From positions 12,401 to 76,400 of the forward strand of contig JASHOK010000030.1 in the NCBI GenBank assembly GCA_030041175.1: 64,000 bases of DNA, in the 5' to 3' direction. Both the position numbers and the translations under genes were made by a program. The notes under the pieces were generated by a model that saw only the letters and a program-made list of their open reading frames with translations, was not told where the DNA came from and made no database searches. The DNA is from Thermoplasmata archaeon. Its GTDB lineage: Archaea; Thermoplasmatota; Thermoplasmata; Lutacidiplasmatales; UBA184. Below, in pieces: positions 7,303-16,767 of this stretch (position 1 is its first letter; each line of letters opens with the position of its first letter).

Positions 7303-9059
7303 CCCCAGAACGGCTGTGTCGCGCGGCGGATCCGCAGCACCTCGTCCAGTACCGACCGCTCGGAGTCCGACAGGGGCCGATCCTTCAACGCCCGGGCGGC
7401 CGACTCCGGTATCGTAACGTAGAGAACGTCCCCCTCGGCCAGCGTTCGCCCGACCGTGGCGCCGTCAATCGAGGCGGCAAGCTCTGAGCCCTCGTCGGCC
7501 TCCTTCACCGATTCATTATCCTTCTGCAGACTGCGGAGGACTCCGACCTCCTCGCCGCGGGTCGACATCAACCGCACCCCCGGTCGGAGCTGTCCGGAGA
7601 GGACCTTCACGCCCACGACCGCGGGCTTCGATCTCCGGAATACGAAGCCGGGCAGCACCTGCAGCTTGGCCGGGTGCACGATCTCCTGCCGTCGCTCCGC
7701 CTCCAGCGACTGGCGAACGGAGTCCCGCCACTTCGAGTACTCTTCGAGCAGCTGATACATCACCTGGCCGGAGAAGACCTTCACATGATCCCGTAGGGAC
7801 TCGGGCACGGCATCCGGGAGTGTCGCGACGTTGAACGCCAGGATCGCCCGGTCGGTCGCTTCCTTCACATCGGCCATGCGAAGCACCATGGGCCGGTTCA
7901 CCGGTCCCACCTCCGCGATGTGCACCGGAACCGGGGCCTCCCGGCACTCGAAGGCGAGGGCCTCGAGGCCGCCGAGGGTGTCGGCCGCCAGCGCGACTCC
8001 GCTGTCGGCGAACTCGGCGACGGGCTGAGACTCGCGCGCCAGCTCCGCGAGGGTCGTCGCGCGTTCCTCCGGCGAGCGAACCGTCTTGACCAGCCCGCCC
8101 GGCAACGCCCGGTCGACCTCCGGGGCGGATAGATACACCCCGGCGGCGGCCCGGACGCTGGGGACACTCTCGACCTTCTTCGTCGGCGCTCCCCGGCGCG
8201 GACCCGCGGGTGGCGGGCGGTAGAGGCCGCGCACACGGCTCGAGAACGGGCCGCCGGTCCCCGTGATCACGACCTCGTCGCCCACGTGGAAAGCACCCTG
8301 ATAGACGATCAGGCTCGCTACGGGTCCGAGGCCGCGCTGCTCCGTCCGCTCGAGGACAGTGCCCTCCCCGGGTGCGTCGGCGAGGGCGAGCTCCTTTTCG
8401 AGGAAGCGCTGCGAGAGGCCGACCAGGAGCGCCACGAGCTCGGCCACGCCGACGCCCGACTTCGCCGAGAGAGGCACGACCCCCAGGTTGCGGGTGAAGT
8501 CGCTGACTCGGTCGTAGCGCTCGGCGGAGAACCCGAAGGAGAGCAGCTCTTCGACGACCGTGTAGAGCCGGGAGTCGAGCTGCTTCTCGTAGGAGGGCCC
8601 GCACCGCTGAAGTTGCGTCTTCAGCGCCGTGTGCCCGGCCGGCTCCCGCCAGCCCTCGACGAGGTCGATCTTTGTCAAGGCCACCGCGAAGGGCGTCTTT
8701 TCACGACGCAGGATCTGGATCGACTCCCGGGTCTGCGGCATTACCCCCTCGTTCACATCGACGACGAGCACCGCCAGGTCGGCCAGAGCTCCTCCGCGCC
8801 GCCGCATGGTCTCGAAGGAACGGTGGCCGGGGGTGTCGATCATGAGGAAACCCGGAATGGCGACCTGGCCCGGTTGAAGGAGCCCGTGCGACAGCCGGAG
8901 CAATGTGACCTGGGGCACTTCGAACGCCCCAATGTGCTGGGTGATGCCCCCGGCCTCGTGCGGCGCCCGGGAGGCCCCCGTAATCCGGTCGAGCAGCGTA
9001 GTCTTGCCGTGGTCGACGTGGCCGAGCAGCGACACGATCGGCTGTCGCAGGTCGGACAC
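7296..9059 (-). CDS. infB: Translation initiation factor aIF5B (IF-2 family GTPase)
   Basis: LRQPIVSLLGHVDHGKTTLLDRI (G1), IDTPGHRSF (G3), LTKIDL (G4), followed by domains II-IV. The 915-aa track ORF is an artefact: its first ~310 aa are Arg/Ser/Pro-rich and lie out of frame over dinB. GTG at 9057-9059 gives M-SDLRQPIVS, as in typical aIF5B N-termini. An alternative GTG at 9104 would overlap the dinB stop by 20 nt. Confidence 0.9.
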   Translation of the reverse strand: MSDLRQPIVSLLGHVDHGKTTLLDRITGASRAPHEAGGITQHIGAFEVPQVTLLRLSHGLLQPGQVAIPGFLMIDTPGHRSFETMRRRGGALADLAVLVVDVNEGVMPQTRESIQILRREKTPFAVALTKIDLVEGWREPAGHTALKTQLQRCGPSYEKQLDSRLYTVVEELLSFGFSAERYDRVSDFTRNLGVVPLSAKSGVGVAELVALLVGLSQRFLEKELALADAPGEGTVLERTEQRGLGPVASLIVYQGAFHVGDEVVITGTGGPFSSRVRGLYRPPPAGPRRGAPTKKVESVPSVRAAAGVYLSAPEVDRALPGGLVKTVRSPEERATTLAELARESQPVAEFADSGVALAADTLGGLEALAFECREAPVPVHIAEVGPVNRPMVLRMADVKEATDRAILAFNVATLPDAVPESLRDHVKVFSGQVMYQLLEEYSKWRDSVRQSLEAERRQEIVHPAKLQVLPGFVFRRSKPAVVGVKVLSGQLRPGVRLMSTRGEEVGVLRSLQKDNESVKEADEGSELAASIDGATVGRTLAEGDVLYVTIPESAARALKDRPLSDSERSVLDEVLRIRRATQPFWGQ

Positions 9060-9084
9060 GAGCCGTCGGACCGGAGGTTCTGCT

Positions 9085-10251
9085 TTATCGTTTCGGCGAA
9101 GCACCCGGTTCGTCCGGGGCCCCGTCCAACGGCGCGCGCCCGCGCCGGCCGGCGCGTAGGTAGCGGTCCAGCCGGCGTTGGGTCCCCACCCGGGGGCTGA
9201 GCCCACCGAGGCGGACCGACAGGAGCCGCACCCGACGGTTTCGTCCGGTCCTCTCCTCCTGTAGCAGCTCATGCAGCAGACGGGCTGCCTCCGCAACGCT
9301 CGGCTCCGTCCCTTCCCGCGCGGCCCCCAGGGAACGGCCCCGCTGGACCTGCTGGAAGTCCTCCCACCGGATGCGTACGGTGAGGTTCTCGTATCGGAAC
9401 CCCTCGGACTGGACTCCCACGGCTGCTTCGCGCGCGAGATCGCGAACGGCGTCCGCGAGTGTCGCTTCGTCCCGCGTATCCTCGGGTAGGGTCCGGTCCG
9501 AACTCCGGGACTTGGGCGGCCCAACGTCGAGCTCCGTCGATTCGTGGGGGGAACCGGACGCCAGCGCCCGGAGCTCCTCACCGAACGTGCCCAACCGCCG
9601 GAGCTGCGAGGTCGAGTTGCCGGTACGCAGCTGACCGATGGTCTCGATGCCGAGCCCCTGGAGCACGGCCTCGGTCTTGGGTCCAACGCCCGGGATCGAC
9701 CGTACCGGGAGCGGGGCGAGGAAGTCCGCGGTTTCGTTCGGTGGGACCACGCGGATCCCCGCCGGTTTGGCAGTGTCGGTGGCGATCTTGGCGACGGTCC
9801 GATAGGGGGAAATGCCGATCGACGCGGGGAGCTGCAGCTCCGAGTGCAGGGTCGCCTGGATACGGTCGCCGAGGTCGCGAGCCTCGATGGCACTGGGAAG
9901 GTCGACCCAGACCGCCGCCTCGTCGATGCTGAACGGAAGCACGTCCGGACTAAAGCGGAACAGCACGGCGCGGACCTCCCGGGCGGCCCGTTCGTACTTC
10001 GGAAAGTCGGCCGGGATCCAGACCGCCGCTGGGCAGAGCGCATGGGCCCGGCTCACGGGCATCGCGCTGCGGAGGCCGAACCTCCGGGCCTCATAACTGG
10101 CCGAGAGCACTACGCCCCGAACGTGCCCCTGCCGGGGGTCGGGACCCACGACCACCGGCAGGCCCCGAAGGTCGCCCCGGTCCCGTAGCTCGCACGAGAC
10201 GTAGAAGGCGTCCATGTCGACGTAGAGACACCAGCGCATACGCCGTTCCAT
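9085..10251 (-). CDS. dinB: Y-family DNA polymerase IV (DinB/Dpo4-like)
   Basis: WCLYVDMDAFYVSCELRD (catalytic DxD...F/Y), VVLSASYEARRFGLRSAMP, FSIDEAAVWV, and the little-finger region. A second ATG lies at 10239. Confidence 0.9.
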   Translation of the reverse strand: MERRMRWCLYVDMDAFYVSCELRDRGDLRGLPVVVGPDPRQGHVRGVVLSASYEARRFGLRSAMPVSRAHALCPAAVWIPADFPKYERAAREVRAVLFRFSPDVLPFSIDEAAVWVDLPSAIEARDLGDRIQATLHSELQLPASIGISPYRTVAKIATDTAKPAGIRVVPPNETADFLAPLPVRSIPGVGPKTEAVLQGLGIETIGQLRTGNSTSQLRRLGTFGEELRALASGSPHESTELDVGPPKSRSSDRTLPEDTRDEATLADAVRDLAREAAVGVQSEGFRYENLTVRIRWEDFQQVQRGRSLGAAREGTEPSVAEAARLLHELLQEERTGRNRRVRLLSVRLGGLSPRVGTQRRLDRYLRAGRRGRAPLDGAPDEPGASPKR

Positions 10252-10311
10252 TCCTGGGGAAGGGGTGTAACCCCGGAGAGGAGGGGGTGAAACGGGGTAC
10301 GCTGCGCGGAC

Positions 10312-11037
10312 TTAGAAGCTGTTCCCGAAATCGACCGCCTTCGAATCGACCCGGAGGCCCGACTGCGTGATCGTGTACGGTTGCACGCTGCGGGCGTGGG
10401 CGGTGCGCCGCATCTTGAGGACCCGGAGCGCGAGGCCCACTCGGTGGCCGTCCTGGGCCGTGCTGTAGCCGAGCAGGATGACCCCGTCTGCCACGTACTC
10501 CGACAACCCATCCCGGCTCGTCTCGGGGTGGAGCGGGTTTGCCTCGGCCGTGAAAACGGTGGTGGCACCGGCGGCGCGACACGCCGCGGCCAGTGTGAAG
10601 AGCGTGTTCCGGCGGCCGGCCTCGGTATCGCTCAGCATGTTGAGCAGCGAGACCGAATCGACGACGATCCGCTTGACGCCGTAGCTGGCGAGCTCCTTGG
10701 GAAGGTCGCTCTGGATCCGGTGCAGATTCCGGTCCGTCTCCTTCGGGTCCAGCCGGAAGAATCGCAGCGACTGCTTTGCCAGGGCATCCTCGACCGGCCA
10801 GCCGAACTGCTTCGCGGAGTCGGTCAAGGCTCTCGCGTCCTCTTCCAACGAGAGGAAGAGGCCCTTCTCTCCTTGGGCAAGGCCCGCGAAGAGGAATTGC
10901 AGGCCGAAGCAGGTCTTGCCCGTCCCCGGAAGCCCCGTCACGAGCACGACGTGGCCGGCGGGCAGGCCGCCGCCGAGCATCTCGTCCAGACCGGCAATGC
11001 CGGTCGAGACCCGAACGACGCCGTCAGATTCGCTCAT
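10312..11037 (-). CDS. KaiC/aRadC-like single-domain RecA-superfamily ATPase (intact P-loop)
   Basis: VSTGIAGLDEMLGGGLPAGHVVLVTGLPGTGKTCFGLQFL (Walker A GxxGTGKT), RIVVDSVSLL (Walker B), and the C-terminal LRVLKMRRTAH motif typical of KaiC-like proteins. Confidence 0.85.
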   Translation of the reverse strand: MSESDGVVRVSTGIAGLDEMLGGGLPAGHVVLVTGLPGTGKTCFGLQFLFAGLAQGEKGLFLSLEEDARALTDSAKQFGWPVEDALAKQSLRFFRLDPKETDRNLHRIQSDLPKELASYGVKRIVVDSVSLLNMLSDTEAGRRNTLFTLAAACRAAGATTVFTAEANPLHPETSRDGLSEYVADGVILLGYSTAQDGHRVGLALRVLKMRRTAHARSVQPYTITQSGLRVDSKAVDFGNSF

Positions 11038-11944
11038 ACTGAGTGGTCACCAACCCGGTCAGCGAGCTGACCCGAATGACGAACCGGCCCTGGTGTTCGT
11101 GCGGCACGTGCGAGAGCACGGGCATGAACTTCTCGATGAGCATCGTCCGCTGCCGGCTCGACCGGGAAGGATGCGTCGACCAGGTGAAGGAGAAGACGCC
11201 GTCCACGGAGTCCGCGAGCGCCTGCTCCGTCGCTGCCGGTGCCACTCCCCGCGAGAGCAGGAGATAGACCACACCGCCCCAGTCCTTGGCTCGGCGCCGA
11301 AGCCCCTTGACGAGCGTCAGGATCGCCTCGGTCTCGAGGTTGCGTCGGACGAGCAGGTCGGTGAGAGAGTCGAGGATGACGACGTTCCCGTTCCCGTCTT
11401 GCTCGACGGCCTGAACGATCGCCGCGAGGGGGTCGGTCGCCGTCGAGGGTCCGCCGCCGGCCGCCAGCTCGGCCAGCAGGGGTACCGAGGTCTGCGCCCA
11501 GTTCCGTGGGACGACGGAGTCCGAGAAGTAGATCGACGAGAGGTCGTGGAAGATCAGGTGCCGGGTGAAGGACTCCGTGTGGGTCGGTTCGAACGAGATC
11601 TCGACCTCTCGGGTGACCTGATCCTTCGATCGGGTCAGGCTGATGTAGGTGACGCCGGCTGGATAGACGAAGTTTCCCTTGACGCTGCCGAGGTAGAACT
11701 TGTGCAGTCGTTCGGCGTCATAGGAGAACATGAGGTGGGTGGCCGAGGTGAGGGCGAACTCCTGATGTCCGGAGCCAGCCTCCCCGGTCAGCAGGACAAC
11801 GGATCCTACGGGAACTCCGCCGGCAACGGAGTCGAAGTCCCCTACGCCCGTGGGGATGCGGGCGTCCGTGGGTGCCGCGGTCGAAACGCGCAGCGCCGGC
11901 AGGGAGGAGATCGGCAGGGACCTTGCTGGAAGCTGCGCCGACAT
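11024..11944 (-). CDS. KaiC/aRadC-like paralogue with a degenerate Walker A (predicted non-catalytic partner)
   Basis: ATG (CAT at 11942-11944) gives MSAQLPARSL...IPTGVGDFDSVAGGVPVGSVVLLTGEAGSGHQEFAL...NVVILDSLTDLL. The architecture matches the downstream gene, but the P-loop Lys-Thr is replaced by His-Gln. It overlaps the next gene by 14 nt. Confidence 0.7.
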   Translation of the reverse strand: MSAQLPARSLPISSLPALRVSTAAPTDARIPTGVGDFDSVAGGVPVGSVVLLTGEAGSGHQEFALTSATHLMFSYDAERLHKFYLGSVKGNFVYPAGVTYISLTRSKDQVTREVEISFEPTHTESFTRHLIFHDLSSIYFSDSVVPRNWAQTSVPLLAELAAGGGPSTATDPLAAIVQAVEQDGNGNVVILDSLTDLLVRRNLETEAILTLVKGLRRRAKDWGGVVYLLLSRGVAPAATEQALADSVDGVFSFTWSTHPSRSSRQRTMLIEKFMPVLSHVPHEHQGRFVIRVSSLTGLVTTQYERI

Positions 11945-11984
11945 TCGGGTCCCGGAACCATGGTCTCGACCGCCGGGTCCGGTA

Positions 11985-13331
11985 TTAGAACTCTCGTGTA
12001 GAGTCGCTCCCGAGAGCTGCGGTTGCGCCGGATTTCCGGAACTCGCGGAGCAGCACGGTAGCGTAGCTACCTCTCGGAAGGTTGAACTCGAAGCGGAGCC
12101 CCGCGGCCTCGGGCGGACTCTCCCACTCCAGGCTGAGGGTCGGGTCGGGGCACCAGAGCGGTCGCCAGTTTCCCGCACTCGCCAGATCCGGCGCCGAGCG
12201 AAGCTCGAAACTGGCCCGGCATACATGGTCCGCGTCCAGGAGCTCCTCGAGAAGGGGCCCCGCTGGTCCCTCGAGTCGGGGGGTTTCGTACCCTACGAGC
12301 GGCCCGGCCAGTCGCGCCTTGCCTTCCTGGACCAGGGCCCGGGCTTCGGACAGATTGTCCGGCGTGACCGGGACCGGGTCCCGACCGGGGATGGTACCGT
12401 CGCGGGCGACTCGGAGAAGCCAATCCCCGGATGCCGGTTCTACGAGGGAGAGTCCGGCCGCGAATCGGCGGGACAGATATCGATTGAACAGGTAAGACTG
12501 ATAGGCGTGCACAAAGAGTGTCCGGAGCGGATGCCCCAGGGCGCGCAACGCCTGCGCAGCTGACTGGCCCCGGGCCAGGTGATCGAGGATTTGGCGCTCG
12601 AACTGCAGCGCCGGCGGAAACTCGCGAAGCGCCCGGGCGGGGTCCCGGTGCTCCGCGAACGCAGCTCGAGCCTCGCTGCCCAACGGGGTTTCGCCAGGCG
12701 CGAGTTCGCAGAGGTAGATGTCCACGGCACCGGCGGCGTCGCCCTGCACGAGGGCCCGGCCGACCGAGTGCGTGACCGGACGCACCTCGCCGAAGCGCTG
12801 GACTCCGAAGAAGTTCGGAAACCCGTGGAGTCCGTGGAGCTCCTCCTTGAGGCGCCGAGCCCGAGAGACCGCCTCCTCCGGCGGCGAGGCGACCTCCCGG
12901 AGCACGATGCGAAAACGATTCCCGTAGTGATGGCCCAGCACGAGCTCCTCCCGCGTCCGGTAGACCTCGCGAACCTCGACTCGTGGGAGGGAGACCTGGC
13001 CGGGTTGGGGGGGCGCTCCGCGGTACGACAGGATCCGTTCCGCCACGGCGCGGCGGTCCTTCGTGCCGGCCCATCGGATGGCATGCGTCGGGATTCCGAG
13101 TGCCTGCGCGAGCCGGTGCGTGAGCTCGTGCTGTTCCCAGCCTTGACTCTCCACCCGCAGGACGGTGATCGGGCCGTCGGGGTCGGGCCGGGGATAGGCC
13201 GACAGCTCTTCGACGCGGAAGTCGGCAGCCTCTCGTTTCAGTCGTCCGCCGAGCCCGGGCTGCGCCGTCGCGTAGAACTCAAGCCCCAGGAGCCGTTCTT
13301 CCTCCGGCGGGAGCCAACCGGGGCCTGCCAT
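11985..13331 (-). CDS. truD: tRNA pseudouridine(13) synthase TruD/Pus7 family
   Basis: MAGPGWLPPEEERLLGLEFYAT...GGRLKREAADFRVEE...IRWAGTKDRRAVAERILS (catalytic GxKDxxA Asp)...NFFGVQRFG. The start was reassigned to the ATG at 13329-13331. Confidence 0.88.
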   Translation of the reverse strand: MAGPGWLPPEEERLLGLEFYATAQPGLGGRLKREAADFRVEELSAYPRPDPDGPITVLRVESQGWEQHELTHRLAQALGIPTHAIRWAGTKDRRAVAERILSYRGAPPQPGQVSLPRVEVREVYRTREELVLGHHYGNRFRIVLREVASPPEEAVSRARRLKEELHGLHGFPNFFGVQRFGEVRPVTHSVGRALVQGDAAGAVDIYLCELAPGETPLGSEARAAFAEHRDPARALREFPPALQFERQILDHLARGQSAAQALRALGHPLRTLFVHAYQSYLFNRYLSRRFAAGLSLVEPASGDWLLRVARDGTIPGRDPVPVTPDNLSEARALVQEGKARLAGPLVGYETPRLEGPAGPLLEELLDADHVCRASFELRSAPDLASAGNWRPLWCPDPTLSLEWESPPEAAGLRFEFNLPRGSYATVLLREFRKSGATAALGSDSTREF

Positions 13332-13394
13332 GCGTATAGGGCGCCTTGAGCGGAAAGGAGATAGCCCCAGCGTACGGTTCTCAGTCAAAGACCC

Positions 13395-13874
13395 ATGATA
13401 CGGGCGACAGCCCGCGTCCTCCGCAACGTTATCGAAATGGAGGTCGGCGGGGAAACCTGGAACTGCGCACCGGTGGCCGAGACCGAGTCCGGTGGCTTGT
13501 CGCGTCGCATCGCGCTCTTGTTTTCCACGCGGTACGAGACGACCCGAACCTCCGATGGCGGCCAGGTCCACTCGACCGTTACGTATCATCCGAAAAAGGA
13601 CGAGATCCTCATCCAGGTCGGTGAGCAAAAGTGGCGCACGAAGTCGACGGTCTTCGGACCGATCACCTTCGATTACGGCGGGGCGGCCTACACGATCACC
13701 GAAAAGCTGACGGGCAAGTTCGGGGTCCTAAAAGGGTCCGAACTGGTTGCTTCCGGCGAGCTGCTGTTCCGGACCGCCGTGATCCGGGACTACCCACCCG
13801 AGATGGAGGGATTTCTCGCGAATCTCGCGCTGGGCTACCTGATCCGGACCTTGTGGTGGGCTACGCTGCGGTGA
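13395..13874 (+). CDS. Hypothetical protein (159 aa, beta-rich, no recognised motif)
   Basis: The ORF has coding-like composition and fills the gap between truD and the DUF1634 gene. The only support is ORF length and the lack of a competing frame. Confidence 0.45.
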   Translation: MIRATARVLRNVIEMEVGGETWNCAPVAETESGGLSRRIALLFSTRYETTRTSDGGQVHSTVTYHPKKDEILIQVGEQKWRTKSTVFGPITFDYGGAAYTITEKLTGKFGVLKGSELVASGELLFRTAVIRDYPPEMEGFLANLALGYLIRTLWWATLR

Positions 13875-13887
13875 GCCGGCCCGTCGC

Positions 13888-14268
13888 TCACGGATAGGCG
13901 CCGAGCAGCATGCTGACGCCGAGCAGGACCAGGACCGCGAGCGTCAGGGTCGTAAAGGCACGGTCGTGGACCGTGCCGAACATGATCGCAGAGATCACTA
14001 CGCGGACCAGCGGTGTCAGCACCAGCACGAGGAATCCCGCCAGCAGGAGTCCAATGCCCCGGCCTTCCGCCGAGCCCGACCACAACATCCGGATCGAAAA
14101 GGGGGTTCCGTGGGTGAGCGTGGCGGCGAAGCCGCTCGAGGGCTCGAAAAGCAGCAGCGCCAGCCCGGCGAGCAACAGAAGTACGGCAGCCCCGACGCCA
14201 ATTCGTAGCGTGTAGTAGATGGCTTGCCGCAGGATTGGCGGGACGTCCACGTCTTCCGGACGCGGCAT
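13888..14268 (-). CDS. DUF1634-like small membrane protein (partner of the TauE/SafE exporter)
   Basis: ATG (CAT at 14266-14268) gives MPRPEDVDVPPILRQAIYYTLRIGVGAAVLLLLAGLALLLF... with 3-4 TM helices. It lies immediately downstream of a TauE-family gene, the usual DUF81-DUF1634 pairing. Confidence 0.65.
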   Translation of the reverse strand: MPRPEDVDVPPILRQAIYYTLRIGVGAAVLLLLAGLALLLFEPSSGFAATLTHGTPFSIRMLWSGSAEGRGIGLLLAGFLVLVLTPLVRVVISAIMFGTVHDRAFTTLTLAVLVLLGVSMLLGAYP

Positions 14269-14282
14269 CGTACGAGCCGCTC

Positions 14283-15161
14283 CTACACCAGCCATCCGAC
14301 CCCCCGCAGAAACATGACGACGGCGGTCAGCACCAGGATCACGACGAACAGCAGCTTCAGGGATTGCGTCGGAGAGGTCCGGTGGAGTCGGGCGCCGAGG
14401 AAGCTCCCCGACACGGTCCCGAGAGCCACCGGCGCCGCGAGAGCTACCGCCAGGTGACCGGAGAGCAGGTACACCAGCGCCCCGGCCGTTGCGGTCACGC
14501 CGATCATGAAGTTCGACGTCGCGCTGGCTACCCGCAAGGGAACGTTCATGACGGAGTTCATTCCGGGCACGACGAACAGGCCGCCGCCGATCCCTAGCAA
14601 GCCTGACACGACGCCGGCGCACCAGGAGATGGCCAGTCCGGGTCGGCTACCGGTGACGCGATACTCGACGGTCTCCTGGCGGGCCGTGTCGTAGTACTGG
14701 CCGTGGAGCCGGAGCCGGTCGGCCCATCGGTCCGGGCTCGGGTTGGGCACCGTGTCGACCGCCCGACCTCGGTACATCAGGGCGGCGGCGAGCAGCACCA
14801 CCGGCACAAACGCGAGTGCCAGCAACTGGGAGCGGCCCGCGAGGATGGTGACCGAAATGAGCGCACCCGAGATTCCGCCGATCACCGTCGCGATCTCCAG
14901 GAACATCGCGACCCGGAGGTCGGAGAGTCCCTCGCGGACGTACGCCGCCGCTGACCCGCTGGAAGTTCCGATGACGCTGACCAAACTCGCCACGACCGCC
15001 GTTTGGACGTTGACCGCGAAGAGCACGACCAGGACCGGGACGATGAACACGCCACCGCCGAGCCCCAGCAGTGCGCCCATCGCCCCTGCCGCGATGGCGA
15101 AGAGGAGGAGCAGTAGAACGAGCTCGAGCGGGGAGACCGGAATCGTGGCGAACTCGAGCAC
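14283..15161 (-). CDS. TauE/SafE (DUF81) family anion/sulfite exporter
   Basis: Polytopic membrane protein with the twice-repeated G-rich motif LGLGGGVFIVPVL ... GLLGIGGGLFVVPGM, characteristic of TauE/SafE. Confidence 0.8.
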   Translation of the reverse strand: MLEFATIPVSPLELVLLLLLFAIAAGAMGALLGLGGGVFIVPVLVVLFAVNVQTAVVASLVSVIGTSSGSAAAYVREGLSDLRVAMFLEIATVIGGISGALISVTILAGRSQLLALAFVPVVLLAAALMYRGRAVDTVPNPSPDRWADRLRLHGQYYDTARQETVEYRVTGSRPGLAISWCAGVVSGLLGIGGGLFVVPGMNSVMNVPLRVASATSNFMIGVTATAGALVYLLSGHLAVALAAPVALGTVSGSFLGARLHRTSPTQSLKLLFVVILVLTAVVMFLRGVGWLV

Positions 15162-15218
15162 CGCACCTAGGGCTATGCGGCGGGCCTTAGAAGCCCGTCG
15201 GTCCGGTCGAGGGATTCG

Positions 15219-16649
15219 TCAGGGCTGCTTCGGGGAAAATTCGACCGGGGCAGTTCGCGGACGCCGTCGGCCGAGCCCTACAGCCCGCGTCGTGCCCAGC
15301 CGGCGGTGGTGGCTCGAGCCGGAGACGGTGAAGAGGTGGTACGGAATCGGCACCAGCAGTGCGGCTCCGACCAGCACGACCGCCGCCGCGGCCACATACG
15401 TGAACGTTACCCCGAAGGTCGAGTAGGTGAGCGCCCCGATGATCGTGCCGAGGAGCCCGCCGAAGCCGGCAATGGCGTTGTAGAGTCCCAGGGCGCGTCC
15501 CCGGCTCGCCCGGCCCGCCAGTCGGACCAGGAAGAGCGTGCTCGCCGTGCTCAGGAAGGCCCAGGTCACGCCCATCATGGCGTTCAGCAGGACGAGCCAA
15601 CCCACGAGCCCCGTCGAGCCCGGAACGAACAGGAGCGTGAACAGCACCGGCAGGAACAACGGGATCAGGGCGAATCGGGCGACCAGTCCCCCGAGGAACA
15701 CCAGCTTGGGCGAGTGCCATTCGACGGCCTTTCCGGACGGAAAGAACAGCGAGGTCGAGGCGGCGCTGGAGGCGAGATAGACCACAAACACTTGGGCGTC
15801 CTGCAGCTTGGCGACCTGGACCAGGTACACGGGGAAGGGGCCGTAGAACAGGAAGAACCCCACCGACATGATGGCCAGCGCCACGAGGAAGAGCCACTCC
15901 CGGGCGGGCAGCGGCTCCTCGGGCGCCCGCGTGAGTTCGAGGATGCTGGTCACCCGGCGCCGGACGACACGGAACCGCTCGACAATTCCGCGCTGGAGGT
16001 TGAGCAGCTCGGCAACCGTCCTCCGTTCGATCCGGTGCAGCGGCTCTTCGATCCAGGCCCAGGCGAGGCCGGAGGAGACGAGCGCAAGAGCTCCGGCCAC
16101 GACGAGGAGGGATTCGAGCGCGTGGACGAGGATGGTCGTTGCCGAGCCGGGACCGAAGGCGACCAGCCAGACGAAGCCCAGCGCCAGGCCGGCGGTCGTG
16201 CCGATGCCGGAGATGAGCTCGAAGAGACCGATATCCTGAGGCCACCAGCGCTTGTGTCGCGTTTCGAGCAGGAGCATCGTCCCGATCGGGGCGCTCGCCG
16301 CCGAAGCAAGGCCTTCACCCACGTTCAGCCAGAAGTAGGTGAAAATGTTGGTCGCCAGGGCGATCAGAATGAGGGCGATCCCCGTCGCCAGAAAAGAGCC
16401 CACGAGGAAGAACTTCCGATGGGAGATCCGGTCGGACAGATTCCCCCAGAGAATCGTGAACGGGACTTGGCTGATGCCGCTCGCGGCGATGATCAGAATG
16501 ACGACGATCGGTTGGGCCCGGAAGTGCACGAGGGCCAGGAGCGGGATGAGCGGGGTCGCGATGCCGTCGGAGATCGAGAGCGGCAGATACGCGAAAAACC
16601 AGAGGTCGTTGCTCGACGGGCGGATCGAGACCCGGGTCTTGACGTCCAT
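15219..16649 (-). CDS. Major facilitator superfamily transporter
   Basis: About 12 predicted TM segments, with the MFS loop motif GNLSDRISHRKF between TM2 and TM3 and a second-half repeat RLAGRASRGRALG. Confidence 0.8.
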   Translation of the reverse strand: MDVKTRVSIRPSSNDLWFFAYLPLSISDGIATPLIPLLALVHFRAQPIVVILIIAASGISQVPFTILWGNLSDRISHRKFFLVGSFLATGIALILIALATNIFTYFWLNVGEGLASAASAPIGTMLLLETRHKRWWPQDIGLFELISGIGTTAGLALGFVWLVAFGPGSATTILVHALESLLVVAGALALVSSGLAWAWIEEPLHRIERRTVAELLNLQRGIVERFRVVRRRVTSILELTRAPEEPLPAREWLFLVALAIMSVGFFLFYGPFPVYLVQVAKLQDAQVFVVYLASSAASTSLFFPSGKAVEWHSPKLVFLGGLVARFALIPLFLPVLFTLLFVPGSTGLVGWLVLLNAMMGVTWAFLSTASTLFLVRLAGRASRGRALGLYNAIAGFGGLLGTIIGALTYSTFGVTFTYVAAAAVVLVGAALLVPIPYHLFTVSGSSHHRRLGTTRAVGLGRRRPRTAPVEFSPKQP

Positions 16650-16767
16650 CGCGCTCGCCCCGTCCGATGCCCGGCAGCGTCTGTCTCGGGGCGGGGTCGT
16701 TTAAAGACTCGGTCGCTCTGGAAATCTCCGGCCTCCGGGAGGCCATTCGCACGACGTTTTCCGCCGG

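Noticed and set aside
9060-10043. The N-terminal ~310 aa of the 915-aa track ORF 7296..10043, which would make a giant IF-2.
   Set aside because: This stretch is Arg/Ser/Pro-rich and motif-free, and it lies out of frame over the well-supported dinB gene. aIF5B homology starts at LRQPIVSLLGHVDHGKT, just after the GTG at 9059/9104.
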